From: Neoconidiobolus thromboides FSU 785
Taxonomy: Eukaryota; Fungi; Entomophthoromycota
Direction of reading: 5' to 3'
Assembly: GCA_025603075.1 (NCBI GenBank)
Contig: MU626367.1
Coordinates: 10,261 to 74,260, forward strand
DNA length: 64,000 nt
Shown here: one piece after another, positions 61,889 through 64,000 of the stretch
Position numbering within the stretch: the stretch's first letter is position 1
Layout: the number at the start of each line of letters is the position of its first letter
Translations under genes and position numbers: made by a program
Notes under the pieces: model-generated
What the model saw: the letters and a program-made list of their open reading frames with translations, nothing else
The model's database searches: none
What the model was told of the DNA's origin: nothing

Positions 61889-62854
61889 TTAAAATAACTT
61901 TGATTTGATTTTAGACATTAAACTAAAAAAATCCTTATTAATTTTAGAATGTAGGAATAAAACCAATATTGGATTAAATAATTCAATGGAATGTAAAGTA
62001 ACTGCAGTTAAGTTATCAAGACTAGATGGACGTTGCTCTTGTGTTATAATATCCCACAGAAGTGCAATTAGATTAGGCAAAAAAGAAATGTTATATGCGA
62101 TTAGAAAGAGAATAGCTCTAATTGCAATTTTCCTTGATATTTCTTCTGGATTACTAATAGGGATCTCTGGTAACGCTAGTTCAAGATGATTTGGATTTTG
62201 ACTCCGTTTCATTAATCTTAATCTTCTTTGATTATTTCGAATCATTGGCTCTAGTGATTGATTTCTTTTCAATAGAACATTAAAAAAGAAATAATTTAAA
62301 AACTGAAGGCCAATAATAGAAATAAAAGCTAGGATATAATAATAAATGATACTAATTATACTCCCCTTAAAGTTAGGCATACAATATGTTTTCCCACTTG
62401 ATATTATATATTGTCCTGTACTCGCTGATATGACTCCAAATATCACTACTAGACTGATAATGATTATCGGTATACTCCATACTACCTTTTCATTAAGTTT
62501 GTTGGGATGACACAATATCAAATATCTTTCAAAAGATAAAGCAATAACAAAAGAGGAAGAACTAATCAACAGCGTAATTACAACAAAACCCATTAGTTGA
62601 CAATAAGAAGGATAATTTAAATAAAGCTTATAAGTAAAATTTAATTCCATTATGGCGAAAAATAAGTTAAATAAATTGGTAGTTATATCAATTAAAGAAA
62701 TCATAAAGATTAACTTTAAATCTAATGACCATTGTTTTTTACGTAATACTAAATGAAATACAATCCCATTTAATGTCATTGAAAATATTGACATAACCAA
62801 TACACACCAATTGATTATGCTTGTTGTACGTGTTATATTTGAATAATCTTCCAT
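61889..62854 (-). CDS. Rhodopsin-family (class A)-like 7TM receptor (321 aa, intronless)
   Basis: Seven hydrophobic helices; N in TM1, LSxxD-like SLID in TM2, Cys at the top of TM3 plus ECL2 Cys (YCMP), ALSFERY, TM6 FLP, TM7 NPIL. Confidence 0.8.
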   Translation of the reverse strand: MEDYSNITRTTSIINWCVLVMSIFSMTLNGIVFHLVLRKKQWSLDLKLIFMISLIDITTNLFNLFFAIMELNFTYKLYLNYPSYCQLMGFVVITLLISSSSFVIALSFERYLILCHPNKLNEKVVWSIPIIIISLVVIFGVISASTGQYIISSGKTYCMPNFKGSIISIIYYYILAFISIIGLQFLNYFFFNVLLKRNQSLEPMIRNNQRRLRLMKRSQNPNHLELALPEIPISNPEEISRKIAIRAILFLIAYNISFLPNLIALLWDIITQEQRPSSLDNLTAVTLHSIELFNPILVLFLHSKINKDFFSLMSKIKSKLF

Positions 62855-64000
62855 TTATGAATTATTTGTTGTGGTTAATTAAAAACAATATAGAAAAGAA
62901 AAGATAAAAAACTAAATGATTTACGAAAAAAATTAATTTATAAATATACAAAGTGAGGCTTTATATCGGTATTAAGTTTGCAATTGTGGTGGATTTACCT
63001 TCGCTAATACATAAATATTAATTCATGAGGCTAGGTATTGCTTACAATATAGATTTATAATTATTTACAACCCAGTTTATTGGCTCAATGAATTTAAATT
63101 TAAATTAGATTTTTATTGATTACTAAATTTAGTGCGCACCCTTTCATTAATTCATGCTATATCTATTAATTTTTTTGGCTTATTCTCTTCTTTTTACTAT
63201 CGGTATATTATATCACTACTTTTGTTAAATTGTTTAAATAGAATAATGTTGTAAATAATATAATAGTATAAAGATCAAGTGGTTGGTAAAAGTAAGTTAG
63301 TTACATTGTTTCTGATTTTTTTGATATTAATTAATTTTTTAATTTTATACCACTTGTTTTTCGATTTCTATGTTATCAAAAAATCAAGTACGTACTTTTA
63401 TAAAAACTATATTCTGAATGAAACAATAAATGATTAAAAAACGATAAAATAATACTAAAGTATAAAGCTTGTATTTCTCACCGTTTATGTCTTTAACATT
63501 ATAAAACACTTGAAGTTTCAACACCTTCAATTTTGTTAAAATTAAACTTTTAAAATTATTTAGTCATCTAGAAAAAGAGAGGAGGTGAATCCATGTTTAA
63601 ATAAAATACAAAATTTCAATTAAATGGGTTAACTAAGCTTATAGTAGCTTGCAGCTAATTGTTTATGTTGCTTTAAATTTGTAGCTCATTTTTTTTAATA
63701 TGAATTTAAGAGCTGCAGCTTTTAATAATTTACAAATTCATATTGAAAAAAACGAACTACAAACTAAAAATATTAAATGACATTTGACTGCAAGTTGCTT
63801 TAAGATTCTCAATTTTTTCCCAGATTTGATTTCTTCGAAAATTAAAAATAGTTTGAATGTTAAAAATAATTCCCTTTAATCTTAAAATTATTTGTGAGCT
63901 TTTATTCAGCGTTTGATTTTAATTATTTTTAAATCTTACAATACCTTAAAAATAGACAAATACTGTTAGTAAGGTTTTATATAGATTTTGCAAATTTAAG

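Noticed and set aside
61889-62854. Type II opsin call
   Set aside because: The retinal-binding Lys position is His.

Overview
Very AT-rich eukaryotic DNA with short (about 40-70 nt) GT-AG introns. Gene content points to an early-diverging fungus; a Conidiobolus-like entomophthoralean is plausible, but that is inference only. Many genes are missed or fragmented by the ORF track and were spliced by hand. In order the window holds: the 3' end of proteasome alpha2; a divergent mitochondrial ACP-like gene; carnitine acetyltransferase; a large secreted bacterial-type beta-propeller amidohydrolase; an NmrA-like pseudogene; tRNA-Gln; GH20 hexosaminidase; Atg22; a hot-dog thioesterase; an ENT nucleoside transporter; a second tRNA-Gln; an intact NmrA-like gene; an ankyrin-repeat/class IV chitin synthase fusion; LSM7; an orphan membrane protein; RHO1; a second thioesterase; canonical mtACP; CHS7; a shugoshin-like gene; a class II HDAC; an orphan; gluconokinase; a Rab11-FIP-like coiled-coil gene; a 7TM pseudogene; a GPI-type secreted protein; a 44-aa secreted peptide ORF; tRNA-Met; and a class A-like 7TM receptor. 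Intergenic DNA carries 20 copies of a ~97-bp MITE with 4-bp, mostly AWWT, target duplications (Sola-like), two ~465-bp solo LTRs and a long-armed inverted repeat. The best candidate for an undescribed system is the ankyrin-fused class IV chitin synthase lying within about 34 kb of a Chs7 export chaperone, Rho1 and a GH20 hexosaminidase. All calls are by-eye translation and motif recognition; no database searches were run.
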